Assembly: GCA_012295275.1 (NCBI GenBank)
Contig: CM022668.1
Span: 1,984,001-2,048,000 of the forward strand
Reading direction: 5' to 3'
Source of the DNA: Chrysomallon squamiferum
Lineage: Eukaryota > Animalia > Mollusca
Length of the DNA stretch: 64,000 bases
Position 1 is the first letter of the stretch. The number at the start of each line of letters is the position of its first letter. The notes under the pieces were generated by a model. It saw only the letters and a program-made list of their open reading frames with translations, did no database searches and was not told where the DNA came from. The translations under genes were made by a program, and so were the position numbers. Shown piece after piece: positions 1 through 60,495 of the stretch.

Positions 1-244
1 TTTTTTTATTTATTTGAAGTTTTAAATATAAATGATTTAATTCATTCTGTTTCAAGTGAATCATTTCCATTCCTGTTCTTTCTTGTGATATATTTTTGTT
101 TCAGTATTTATTTGCGTGGTATCTATACATATATATATATGTCAGTTTATCATTCATTACCTCACCTGTGGCTATCACTCTCCACCCTTCCTGTTTTTTC
201 TTCTGTTGTTCTCCCCTCTGTCTCACGAATGATAATACTGATAT

Positions 245-22299
<22,055 letters not shown>

Positions 22300-22949
22300 G
22301 TAAAAATTGTACAAACTGAAAATTTTATATTTAAAATAAATTAATTAACATGATAATGATGACAGTAACATTAACTACTATTATTATTATTATCATCATC
22401 ATCATTATTTTTATCATTGCTGTTGTTGTTGATGATGATGCTAATAAATATATAGACCTTTCTTTAAAGTAAAGAAACATTTCTGAAAAAGAAAATGTGG
22501 AAGAATACACATTATTTGCTTAATGTAGTGGACCCATTACTGTGGCGCATGCTCACATCTTTGTTAAATGTTATTAATTTCTATAAGATAGGCAAAACAC
22601 AACATACCTTCGATTCTTCTGTAAAAAATAAGTGAATTCAAGACTCCTACTAGCTTACAAAAACATCTCTTTTAAATGTTCAGATCTTTTGTCACGAATA
22701 AAACGTTGAAATACGAGGCTATTATTTCAAACCGTTATCAGTTAATAATTGCTTTGGTTTTGCTTGTATAAAGTATCACAGTCAGAAAGTGTGTCAGTTA
22801 AGACCAGTCTCTTTTCAGCAGTTTTTCTTACCACAATATGTACTAACATTACGGTTAATTATAGTTATCAGACCAACGTTGTTCTTTTAATGCGTAATGC
22901 TATTGTTTTCTTGATAGTCTGTCTGTACGCGTGTGTGCGGTGTTTATCA

Positions 22950-23270
22950 CGACGTTTTGGACAACGACATAGTTAAAATCAGCAGCATTATTTAATAACA
23001 AACACATGTTAGAGCGAACTGATTGTTGGATATATTATATATCAAATAAAGTTACACAATTCATTGTTTTACAGATTGTGTGAGTTAATTATCGAACAAT
23101 GGAATATTACATTTCAATTGTTTCCTTACATTACAATGTCATATTTCTTTACCTAGGGTCAGTTAGCATCGTTGTAATAATAATAATAATAATAATAATA
23201 ATTTTTCCACGAAGCAATCGAGTATTATATTTCAGTTGTTTCCTTACATGCCGTTTTTCTTGACCTAGGG
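22950..23270. promoter_or_regulatory. Non-coding block upstream of gene A, homologous in inverted orientation to 43263-43590
   Basis: For example, ttatttaataacaaacacatgttaga...gttacacaattcattgttttacagattgtgtgagttaattatc is the near reverse complement of 43435-43555. The homology is seen directly; a regulatory role is inferred. Confidence 0.45.
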
Positions 23271-23607
23271 TCACGTATGTATCAGATATGTATTGAATAT
23301 GTGTGTTGTGTGTATGTGTGTGTGTGTGTGCGTGCGTGTGTGTTTGTGTTGGTATATGTGTTTATGCAGTACGTATTGTATATATATATATATGAATATG
23401 TGTGTGTGTAGTAGGTATGTGTATGTGTTGTGTACATATATATGTATGATAATGTATTCATGTGTTTGTGCATATGTATGTATGTATGTAAATATATGGG
23501 TGTTTATGTATGTATATATGTACCTGTATGCATATGTATATGTATTTCTATGCATGCTTGTATGCATGTGTAATTTGTATGTGTGTATGTTTTGGAATGA
23601 GTATTCT

Positions 23608-23720
23608 GTTCTCTTATGTACGTCTGATTAGAGGGCACACAGACAATATTCAGAAACGCACTGGCACAGGAGTACAAAGTCCAATCACGACCTCACACAC
23701 CCAGCTGCCTGCAGTCTGGT
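23608..23720 (-). mobile_element. Fragment of the dispersed SINE-like repeat family
   Basis: ctcttatgtacgtctgattaga...gcactggcacaggagtacaaagtccaatcacgacctc matches 56150-56235 and 57350-57450. Confidence 0.6.
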
Positions 23721-23903
23721 GACTATCGACGACCTTTTTCACTTTTTTATTATTTTCTATTCTATTTTATTTTTCATTTATGTTATACACACACACCCAT
23801 ACACACCCACATCCATCCCCCACACTCTCACACACAAACACAAACACACACACACACACACACACACACCCACATCCATCCCCCACACTCTCACTCACAA
23901 ACA

Positions 23904-23942
<39 letters not shown>

Positions 23943-26900
23943 ACATCCATCCCCCCACACACTCACATACAAACACAAACACACACACACACACACATAC
24001 ACACACACGTATATATACAGCATATCCTTATTTTCCGAAATGTAGTCCGAAGAATGTAGAATATATGGTCTTGCCAGAATATTTCTTCTGCTGGAGTTTG
24101 GGATAACTTGGAAATTAAAACTGTATATATTGGATTCACTGTAAAGTTGTTCGCCTTATTTAATTCTGAGTTATTCTTCAGAAACAGATCTGAAAAATTC
24201 TAACTTATGTTTTTAATTGCGATGAGGAAGTAAATTTAATGTTAATTTAATATTAATTTATAAGCATATGACATCTGTGTAAAGGTCTGGACATGTCTCT
24301 TGAATTATTTCAGCAGTTACGGTGTATTAAACTAGTATGTAATATCAGCGATTGTTGTTATTCCACAATCAGTGATATATTTAATAAATAAAATTTTATT
24401 GTCTTAGTTGATAACCGGATTATGAAATAACGGTTGTATTAGTATTTGAGTAATACTTTGATTTAGAAACCTTTTCAGTACTGGAAGCTATATTCCACAC
24501 AGATAATAATTATGCACAAACAGGATTTATTTTTTTTATCAAATAGATTTACCATAATTACATAACTGAAAACAATAAATATCATAAATTAATAGTCATG
24601 TACTTTTAAAGAAATTCTGTCATTTTATATTTAAATTACTGATTTAAATTAATGAACAATATATATATATATATATATTATTTATAGTTTAATTGGAAAA
24701 CAATCGTCTTAAATTGAACATTTTGAATATTTCAACATCTTGATTAATTTATTTCTAATCACAGTAGAATATTTAATTTGGTTTGTTTTCTCACATAAAC
24801 TTATCAAAACATTTCTGAACTTCTTTCTCGGCTCTCTCTGGTATATTGATTGATTGCCACAGTTTAGTTATTAATAAAATATTTCAAAAGGTAGCTTTAC
24901 CTTTCAGTGTCAGCTTTCTTTGTTTCCATAAATTATTTTTTCTTTTCTTTTCCAATTAAGATTTCCGATATATTTGTTAAACCTAAACACCTTTCTCATT
25001 TTCAGTAAAGTGGAACCTGACTTGTACAGACACCAGTGGGGCCGAGTCAAAGTATCCTCCCGCTCCACTGATAACCCGTTCTAGAGTGTTACAGAAATCT
25101 TTGTTACTTAGTAACTGATTACTGAAAAACCTTACTTTTTTTATTTTAGAAAAGTCTAATTTTTATGAAATGAAATTATGATCACTAAAATTTGAGTAAC
25201 CTGTGTTGACTTAAACTACAAATTGAAATAATGATTGAATTATTAAAATGAAGTCAATTGTCAATTCTGCTAACTGTGTGCTACTAAATGTTATTATTAA
25301 TTCCAAAGACTAAATATTTCATTACAGTCACTTGCTGTTATATTATATTCACCCTTAACGAATTGTAGATTTGTTGTTTTTTTTGAAAGAAGAAATTCTT
25401 TCTCTAACGTTATTTGGGAAGGATCTATTTTTGTTTTAATCTTAAGCATTCTTCAGCCATCATTACAGCTATCAAAGGTAAAGACATATGGACAGTAATT
25501 CGACTTTAAAATTGCTACAGCCCTTCTGTTCTTAGACTGATAATTGATATAAAATAATAACTCTTTGTATGTTTCTGTAAAATCATTATCCCAAAAGGTT
25601 TCTTGTGAAAAGGTTATATAGAAATGCAGACTTTTAGTTGCAGCAAATAATGAACTCATCTTCTTAGTATCTCTCAAACCCTTAACCTTTAAAGAAATAT
25701 ATAGCCTTATTGCTTGTATTATTAAACCTTTTTCCCTTTCGTTCCTTTTCATTTCCATTTTTTAACAAAGTGACAATTTAATTTATGAAAATTACAAACA
25801 CTATTCCATCATTCACGAATCATGTGACTATCAGGCTTGCAATTAAAATTCACCTTTGAATGATTGTTATGGTAAAACTGAATCCCCGCCACTATTTGAA
25901 ATTTCACTGAATAAGGCAAACTGCGAATATCTGACAAATTTCTGTCATTTACATATTAGAACTTTGAAATTGACATATCTTATGCATGCTCTACAATTGT
26001 TTATTATTAATAGATCTCAGTCTAAAATTTGACGAGAAATTTCATGGATCAATTTGGATTTTGTCAAATATATAACTGCTATAATATCACAACTGTTGCA
26101 TCGGCAGAGGAAATACTGTTTCAGACTGGTTTTTGTCTCTCAGTAAAGCCATAGAGCTTAATTTAGTACATTAAAGTAAAACAATAAGTAGAATAAAACG
26201 ACCAAGCATGAACGGCACTAATTATACTTTAAGCAAGAAACAATTTATAAAACGATCTACCAACCCAATAAGAAACTTAATCTATAATAAACATCTTAGA
26301 AACTTCATAAAATTATAATAGATAGTAACAGTTAAATATGTAACAGTATCCACTTAGGTGGTTACGTAATCGATTTACATCAGTTTTAATAAAAGGCGGA
26401 GTAACAAGATGAAAAGACAGTCAACACTGACAAATGATTCCAGGCTGTCGTTTGTTCTTGCTCTGTGTCGACTTCTACATCAACTAGCTACATCCCCAAA
26501 ATCAGTTCACAGATCTACATGTCGTAGACTGACGAATATTTTGCTGCCCCATCGAAATTCCACAGAATCACTCTGACCAAAAATAAGATAGTTTTAGAAT
26601 GTATGGGGCACATAAAGATTTACCTGTTATAATAACTTTCTGAGTAGAATTAATTGTGCTTGGATATATGTGGTATAAATAGGTGCCGAAAACAAATTCT
26701 ACTCAGTGTCTTAATTATTAGTTAAAATACTAATAATGAAGATATTAACGATATGATAGTGATGACAAAAGATGAGAAGAGATGGTTATGTATTTTTTAA
26801 TTCTTTTTATTATTTCTTGTTTTTTTTTTTTTGGCTCGCTCAGAATATCACTTTAACACTAATAGCGAATATTGAATTATCTTCTGTTTTATAACGTGAA

Positions 26901-27476
26901 TGTTAACACAGCGATATATAGTTATTGCTGTATCAAGAATATCTCTGAATGTCAGTACGTTTGATTACAGTAAACGTAGACACGAATGAAATGTGCGAGT
27001 TGATCTGGTATCTGCGATAATGCCGCTTCATGAAGTAACAATTCTTCTTCTGTCTCTTCGCCATTACATATTCACTTTGCCTACAAGTAAAAATTACATT
27101 CTGTATCAGCACACAATCCTCACCATCATTAACACCACAACATAAACATCAGCAAACTAGGAAAACTTGATACACTTATATTTCAACATTTTTGTAGTAT
27201 AAACTCGGACCTGACGATTTTCTATTTATTTTCTAAATGATCCATTTTATTTGATCTCTGAATTCATTCTCCATATTTAAGTGTATGTATATGAGCATAC
27301 ATCCATTTGTCTGACTATCTATCTACCTTTTTATTAAAACATTATTTTCTGTGTGTTTATCAGTTACTTTATTAAGCTTGCAGCTGTATAACTAAAAGCC
27401 GATGATGAGACAGTATAATTATTTCAATCCAGCAAGACATATTTTACTCACCGAACGAAAATACTTGGTCTCCTTT

Positions 27477-39399
<11,923 letters not shown>

Positions 39400-39955
39400 G
39401 CTTTGAATTATCTGAAATATACATTACGTTAAATCGGATCTGTTCACACAAAATCAAAATTGTTTCCGGTGTATTATTATTTATTTACTGGAAAGCTACT
39501 TTGAACCTGATATTTTTTTAGGTGTAAATTATAATTTTGAAATAGTATTTTTGGTTTTTTAATATAATTTAATTTATCCTTTTAAATCTACATTGCTACC
39601 TGAATTTAATAACTTTTGAAACTTTTAGATCTGGCGGAACAAAACATGTGTGACATCTGAAAACCACAACACTCGAGTCTGCTTTTTATTTTGCATTTCA
39701 CTTGATACCATATCATATTATTTCTTCGTTGATAACAACGTAATCCTAGAAACCAGTTATGTGTGTATTTACATATAATTTACACACAGACACACACACA
39801 CACAACCATACACTTACACACAAGATTCGTACGTAAATGCATACATACATACATGCATACATACATACATACATACATACATACATACATACATACATAC
39901 ATACATACATACTACACACTATACACATACATAATACATACATACATACAAACAA

Positions 39956-39987
<32 letters not shown>

Positions 39988-40284
39988 GGCTCTAGGGACA
40001 ACATTTATTTCAATATTTCATTATGCAAAGGTAAATATATATTGATGAAACTTTCAACCTACAGGAAATAATGTACCTGACATGAAGACACGTCACATAA
40101 TTTCAGTACAACAGACAACCCCCAAATATGAATATTAAGCTTATCAAATCACTGACACTAAACTGGCTTTGATACTTCATTTCACTCAGTTTATAGTATC
40201 CGTAGCATCAGGTTATAGAATAAAGAGGTCTAAAATAATGTTTGTAAATAGCTAATTAAATGCTGCATTTGCAGCAATGCTCCC

Positions 40285-42735
40285 AGTCAGTGTAACGTCC
40301 GTCACGAAAACATATCTAAACTGTTCATGTGAGAAGAAAATCTGAAGGTAAATAACCTTGTTCTTTCTAATTATCTTAATACTAGCTAAGGCAAAGTTTA
40401 AAAATAAATCAGTCAATCTTCAGATTATGTTATGTGTATTTGAGAGTGAAACGAAATCTGTAATATCCGTTACATGTAACATCCGTTATAGAATTTCTTT
40501 GTCATGTCTGATGGCAAGCGGGTGTTGATGGAATAGGTGGCATTGTCTGGGCTGGAGTAAACAAAAGAAGACAGTGAGAGTGAAACATGTATCTTCCTTA
40601 GTTATCAGGTAGCTAGGGACAGGTCACAGGCCAGTGAATTTCAGATGAATAGCTCCGATATAGAAAAGCGAAATGAGGCCCTCAAATAGAAAGTGGAAAT
40701 GCTCGGTTCCTTCACCCTGAGGAAGGTCGCTGTGTCCCATTCATTCTAGCAAATGATAAAGTATAATGAAGAGTTCATCCATTGTGATTAATTTTGTTTT
40801 TGATATAAAACCATGTCATCATCTTAATCATTAATCTTAATTAAAATGATTACGTTGGAGGATAAAATATAACAACACATACACTTATTTAATAATATTT
40901 TTCTTATACATTGCCTTCAAGATGAATTAAAACTGGTGGTCTTGCATAGCCTTTCAGCTTCACTCCAATACCAAACATTTATTTGTATAATTTTCAAATG
41001 ATGTTAGTTGGTTTTCATCCATTTGCTTTTGATGTAACATCCGTCACGCACATATTTCTGCCATAAATTTCCCTGGGCTCTTTCCTCTGTGACACCAGAT
41101 AGATGTAAGTCTCTTACTAGGCAAGTCTCTTACTGGGTAAGTCTCTTACTAGGTAAGTCTCTTACTGGTTAAGTCTCTTACTGGGTAAGTCTCTTACTAG
41201 GTAAGTCTCTTACTGGTTAAGTCTCTTACTGGGTAAGTCTCTTACTGGGTAAGTCTCTTACTGGGTAATTCTCTTACTATGTAAATCTCTTACTAGGTAA
41301 GTCTCTTACTGGGTAAGCCTCTTACTATGTAAATCTCTTACTAGGTAAGTCTCTTGCTGGGTAAGTCTCTTACTATGTAAATCTCTTACTAGGTAAGTCT
41401 CTTACTGGGTAAGTCTCTTGCTAGTAAGTCTCTTACTGGGTAAATATCTTGCTGTGTAAGTCTCTTGCTGGGTAAGTCTCTTACTAGGTAAGTCTCTTAC
41501 TGTGTAAGTCTCTTACTGGGTAAGTCTCTTACTGTGTAAGTCTCTTGCTAGGTAAGTCTCTTGCTGGGTAAGTCTCTTACTAGGTAAGTCTTACTGGGTA
41601 AGTCTCTTACTGTGTAAGTCTCTTGCTAGGTAAGTCTCTTACTATGTAAGTCTCTTACTGGGTAAGTCTCTTGCTAGGTAAGTCTCTTGCTAGGTAAGTC
41701 TCTTACTGTGTAAGTCTCTTGCTAGGTAAGTCTCTTACTGGGTAAGTCTCTTACTAGGTAAATCTCTTATTAGGTCAGTCTCTTGCTAGGTAAGTCTCTT
41801 ACTGGGTAAGTCTCTTACTGTGTAAGTCTCTTGCTAGGTAAGTCTCTTACTGTGTAAGTCTCTTACTGGGTAAGTCTCTTGCTAGGTAAGTCTCTTACTG
41901 TGTAAGTCTCTTGCTAGGTAAGTCTCTTGCTAGGTAAGTCTCTTACTGGGTAAGTCTCTTGCTAGGTAAGTCTCTTACTGTGTAAGTCTCTTGCTAGGTA
42001 AGTCTCTTACTAGGTAAGTCTCTTACTAGGTAAGTCTCTTACTGGGTAAGACTCTTGCTAGGTAAATCTCTTACTAGGTCAAGTCTCTTGCTGGGTAAGT
42101 CTCTTGCTAGTCTCTTACTGGGTAAGACTCTTGCTGGTAAGTCTCTTAAGTCTCTTGCTAGGTAAGTCTCTTGCTAGGTAAGTCTCTTACTGGGTAAGAC
42201 TCTTGCTAGGTAAGTCTCTTACTGGGTAAGTCTCTTGCTAGGTAAGTATCTTACTGTGTAAGTCTCTTACTGGGTAAGTCTCTTGCTAGGTAAGTCTCTT
42301 ACTGTGTAAGTCTCTTGCTAGGTAAGTCTCTTGCTAGGTAAGTCTCTTACTGTGTAAGTCTCTTGCTAGGTAAGTCTCTTACTGTGTAAGTCTCTTACTG
42401 GGTAAGTCTCTTACTGTGTAAGTCTCTTACTGGGTAAGTCTCTTACTGGGTAAGTCTCTTGCTAGGTAAGTCTCTTACTATGTAAGTCTCTTACTGTGTA
42501 AGTCTCTTGCTGGGTAAGTCTCTTACTGTGTAAGTCTCTTACTGGGTAAGTCTCTTACTAGGTAAGTCTCTTACTGGGTAAGTCTCTTACTGGCTATGTA
42601 AGTCTCTTACTAGGTAAGTCTCTTACTGGGTAAGTCTCTTACTGGGGCCACGTCCCTGAGGGTACGACTGTAGCAATCAGGGCAGTTGACCTCCAACACT
42701 TCTGAATGTAACCTCCGTCACCATGGAATTGCCCA
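40285..42735. mobile_element. Putative non-autonomous DNA-transposon remnant hosting the 16-bp satellite
   Basis: A TGTAAC(A/G/C)TCCGT(C/T)A motif recurs near 40292, 40475, 41033 and 42707. The end CCATGGAATTGCCCA looks terminus-like, but no matching left TIR was found. Confidence 0.35.
41105..42645. repeat. 16-bp tandem satellite, about 95 copies (GTAAGTCTCTT[A/G]CT[G/A][G/T])
   Basis: Continuous head-to-tail array of about 1.54 kb with recurring variants (ctactgg/ctactag/ctgctag/ctactgt). Intergenic, between genes B and C. Confidence 0.97.
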
Positions 42736-42784
42736 CATACATACCTACATACGTACTACCCAATGCCACGTGTCCCCCTAAAAA

Positions 42785-43055
42785 TAGATGCACGCAAAAC
42801 AGACGAAAGATAAAGAATGGCTTGCTTCGTGGGAAGCGACGATTACCCTCGGTTACTGAGCGACTGTGTTATAGGTTGTCTTGATGGCCGAACAGTAATG
42901 TCGTCCGTTTTCGGAGTGCGACCGAATGGGTTCCATACGTTCGAGTCTCACTAGCAGCATCTGATGGGGTTTGGGAGGTCGTGATTAAACTTGGACATCC
43001 TGCGCCAATGCATTCCTGAATATTGACTATGTCCAGAGCCTGATCAGACATATAT
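42785..43055 (+). mobile_element. Most complete copy of a SINE-like dispersed repeat with Pol III A/B-box-like motifs
   Basis: TGGCCGAACAGT near 42875 (A-box-like) and GTTCGAGTC near 42939 (B-box). The body is the reverse complement of copies at 23608, 56150 and 57350, and is flanked by (ATAC)n tracts. Confidence 0.55.
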
Positions 43056-43262
43056 AAGCAGAATTATAATCGTTCCTAAATACATACATACAACATGTAT
43101 AAATACATACATACAACAAATATATATGCATACGTAACACTCCGCGAATCTCAGTTTGTCGATAGGATCAATTTTGATTGGAATCAAATAGTATTTTTAT
43201 TTTTTAAATGTAAATTTATTTATCCACTAAAAGCCATTAAAATTATAACGAAAATAAAAAAT

Positions 43263-43590
43263 CCTAGATAAGGAAAGATGACAAGTAATGTAAGGAAACA
43301 ACTGAAATATAATACTCGATCGTTCCATGGCAAATTATTATTATTATTACAACGATTCTAAATGACCCTAGGTAAGGAAAGATGACATTGTAATGTACGG
43401 AAACAATAGAAATGTAATATTCCATTCGTCTGTGGATAATTAACTCACAGTCTGTAAAACAATGAATTGTGTAACTTGATTTGATTTCATGATTCGACAA
43501 AAATATACATCCAACAATCACTTCGATCTAGCATGTGTTTGTTATTAAATAATACTGTTATTTTTGACTATGTCATTGTCAGAAACATTA
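43263..43590. promoter_or_regulatory. Inverted paralog of the non-coding block upstream of gene A
   Basis: Reverse-complement similarity to 22950-23270, including its internal duplication; a short third fragment lies near 44290-44350. Confidence 0.45.
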
Positions 43591-44339
43591 ATAGTGATGA
43601 CCCTTCTATTTTTTAAAGTTAAATTATTTCGATCGCTCTCCTTTGTGTAAATATGTATATACTTTATATATATATATATATATATTTTAATTCCCTTGTT
43701 TCTGAAGTATTTGGTGTTTGTTTTAATTTATTACTTTTTTTTTTTTATATTATTTTATTTTATTATTTTTTATTTCTTTACTTATTTACATTTTGTTTTA
43801 TCTATCTACAATATACATCCATTTATATTTGATTAAAAACTGAGGACAGTTTGCTGGCAGTTTTTAATTATAAAGTAAATATTTAAATATGATAGTTCGA
43901 AATAAAATAAATTATGCTGTAACAGTAGGATACTTTGCTGGTGATAACCAATAGGTTCTCACCCATTTGATCTAATTTCACACATAAAATATATGATCTA
44001 AAGTAGAGAATCAGTGTTTTCCCCGTGTAATCTAATTAATTAATGCTTTGTAGACCGTATGAATGATCCAAAGCTGAATCAGGGATGTGGAATCGGAAAG
44101 TAAGGCCACAGTTATCTGATAACCTGGTTTACGGATGCATTGACCTTATTTTTCTTACTTTGGAAAACAGAAATAAATAGTTTAATTAGGTGTATTGTAA
44201 TCCGCCTAATATACTGTATTGTATTGGTCTTTATAAACGATAAAATTAAATACCATATTTGACCATAAAAAGCGGAAATTTAACAAAATTGTAATATAAG
44301 GAAACAACTGAAATGTAATATTTGATTGTTCTGTTGAAA

Positions 44340-44371
<32 letters not shown>

Positions 44372-45970
44372 AAAAATATTTTAGAGATCATTAATTTGGA
44401 TTTAATTATTTTAACTTTGTGACTTACATCATTAATGACTGAAATAAAGTAAATTCTCATTTAAAATTAATCCAGTTGCTTTAGAGTAACCGGTGAAGCA
44501 AAATATGAAACTGTAATTTGGTATATGAAAAAAAACTGTGCAGTGTATACCATTTTGTTATTCCGTATCTTGAGATAGCTTCTCCAGTCATAGTAAGAAA
44601 ATAATAAAAATAAATAAATAAATATATATATATAGATTTAAAGTCTATACTAGGGGAGACTGGCAGTTACCCACTTTGCTTAGTACGTAATTCCCACTTG
44701 TTCTGACACGCTTTTTTTAATCCCCTAGAGGTTTAAAATGGACTCTCACAGTTACTCATATAGTCTAATAGCCTATTATATAATTTCCATTTGGTTTAAT
44801 GATATTTTAATTCCTACTGAAATGTTTTTGTTCAAGTGGGAAGACACAAATCAATCATGTATTTCATAAAGACAGCACCAAATGTGAAAATGAAATAAGT
44901 TCTAAGATTTATTTATGGCTGAAGTAATTTATTCTGGGTACGAATCGTACATGATATATAGATTCATTCAGTCTTTTACCATTTTCTGTTCTCAAGACTA
45001 CCGCCGACATCGATTTAACTGTCTGTTTCCATTTTGGTAGCTAGTATTTTCATCTTACTTTGAAAATTTGATTTGTCCAGTTTTGGAATTTTATCTGCAC
45101 TCAGTAATACTAGAATCAAAACAGACACCATCATGCAACAGACATATACATATTTCAACATATGCCTTTAGCAAAACAATATATCTTAAAATAATAAATA
45201 ATATCATATTTAATTGTCGCCAAAACCTTGTTTCTTAAATCCTATAGAGACCTTCTGATAACTGTGGATGCTTTTAGATGTTAACCCTGCTTGGACCTCC
45301 CATTTCACAAACGTTTATGCTTTTTTTTTCAAAGCTAAAATTATTTCGACTATGTTATCCTTTAGGCGATATGATAATTATATGAAGTGTCAGTTACATA
45401 TTGTAGACACATTTATAAGATATAACTGAAACCTCATAACAGTGTAAGTTAGATCATAATTGGCCGAATTTTCGAAATTCTGGTTGTAATTTCGTGAATA
45501 TATAAAAAAAATTCAACAATTTATTTGTATCAAGTGGTGTCTTTATTATCGATTTATCTATAGAGATTATTATATGAGTTCTTCTAGTTATGCATTTACA
45601 ACTATTTTTTTAATTCCAAACAAACACTGGCTCTGTCTCTATCTATAAACAGTTAACTTTATAACTTCAGAGACACAGTGGTACAGTAATAGTAGTTGTA
45701 GTAGCAGCAATAGCTGTAACTGTAGTAGTAGTAGCAGCAATAGTTGTAACTGTAATAGTAGTAGCAGCAGTTGCAGTATTAGTAGTAGTAATAGAAGCAG
45801 AAGTAGTAGTAGTAGCAGTGGTAGTAGTAATGGCAGTAGTACTTGTAATAGTAGTAGCAGCAGCAGTAGCAGTAGTAGCAATGGCAATAGTAGAAGTAGT
45901 AGTAGTCATTGAAGTGGTACTTTTTGTTTTATTCCTATTTGATGGACTACACAGCTTATCTTTCTCTGGA

Positions 45971-59320
<13,350 letters not shown>

Positions 59321-59575
59321 TTTGTAAAATTGTGAAGGTTTCTTCTCTTTGCTTGCCGTTTATAATGCTTTGGAAAGTGTAACGTAATCTGCAGCGTTTC
59401 AGTTACATACAAGATAGCGGGCATTGTATTGTGTACATGTAACATTCCAAGTTAACATTGATTACGCCTTTATGTGACCTAATTTATCCCCCCGATATAT
59501 ATATATATATACACACATACATATACATGTACACATACATATATACATATATACATACATATATACATACATACA

Positions 59576-59612
<37 letters not shown>

Positions 59613-60055
59613 AATGTCAACTTTTTTACGTGAAGGTTAGAATTGTGAACGGCAGTGACTCTCAGCCGAGCAGGATAAATCACACACATACATATACATG
59701 TACACATACATATATACACATATACATACATACATACATACATATATACATACATACATATATATAAAATGTCAACTTTTTAACGTGAAGGTTATATAAA
59801 TCTGATATCTTAAATTAGTAACCCTAGTTATTAAATAATACTATAATTAAATGAAATAACTATTTTATTTCTCAGCTCAGCGCTCTCGAGACGAGTAAAC
59901 TTACGTGTATTGATTTCACTGTCGCCTATAATAACGCTACATCAAAACAAAGTATTCTTAAATAACAATTTATTTGTTGTTTTAAAATTGTAATCGTATT
60001 CAAAATGGTCCTTTAATATCTAAACAGTATATATGTTACAGTCAATATGTAAAAC

Positions 60056-60495
60056 CAGTCATTTGGCCTAATGATTGAAATGTTTAGGCATTTAGCCTAA
60101 CACCCTAGACCTGTGTTTCCCAATCGGGGCTCCTCGGAGCCCTTGTGCTCCGCAATGCATCGAGTATGTTTGTAAAAAAATACGACCAGGAATTGAAGAA
60201 CTGTGCAAGGGAAAACAAGCTCAAGTCTCACACTAACTGACTAACGGTAAGAAGTTATGTTATAATGTTAATATATTTTTGGACTTCTGTTGCTTTAGTT
60301 TTGTCTTTTTTTGTTTTAGCTGGTAAAATAAAATAAATATGTGTGTGTGTTTGGGGGGGGGGGGGTGATGCATCGCAGGATATTAAAAACGTGTTATAGG
60401 GCTCCGCATTGATGAACAGGTTGGGAATCACTGCCCTAGACCATCGGGCGTCTGGTCTAATGACTAAAATTTCCAGGAATTAGGCCAAACGACTG
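60056..60495. mobile_element. Small palindromic MITE-like element interrupted by the hAT insertion
   Basis: Inverted ends CAGTCATTTGGCCTAAT (60056) and ATTAGGCCAAACGACTG (ending 60495). Confidence 0.55.
60111..60433 (+). mobile_element. Non-autonomous hAT (Charlie/Buster-like) element with 8-bp TSD
   Basis: TSD CCCTAGAC at 60103-60110 and 60434-60441. TIRs CTGTGTTTCCCAATC ... GGTTGGGAATCACTG. Internal remnant IRPGIEELCKGKQAQVSH* matches the Buster-type transposase C-terminus. Confidence 0.9.

Noticed and set aside
24050-26900. Hidden gene between genes A and B
   Set aside because: AT-rich, with no consistent exon chain or domain-like translation found by eye.
41105-42645. 16-bp array as a CRISPR locus
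   Set aside because: No unique spacers, no cas genes, and the context is eukaryotic and intron-rich; it is a tandem satellite.
42865-42960. Functional tRNA gene
   Set aside because: A/B-box-like motifs are present, but I could not form a convincing cloverleaf, and the sequence continues into a dispersed repeat body.
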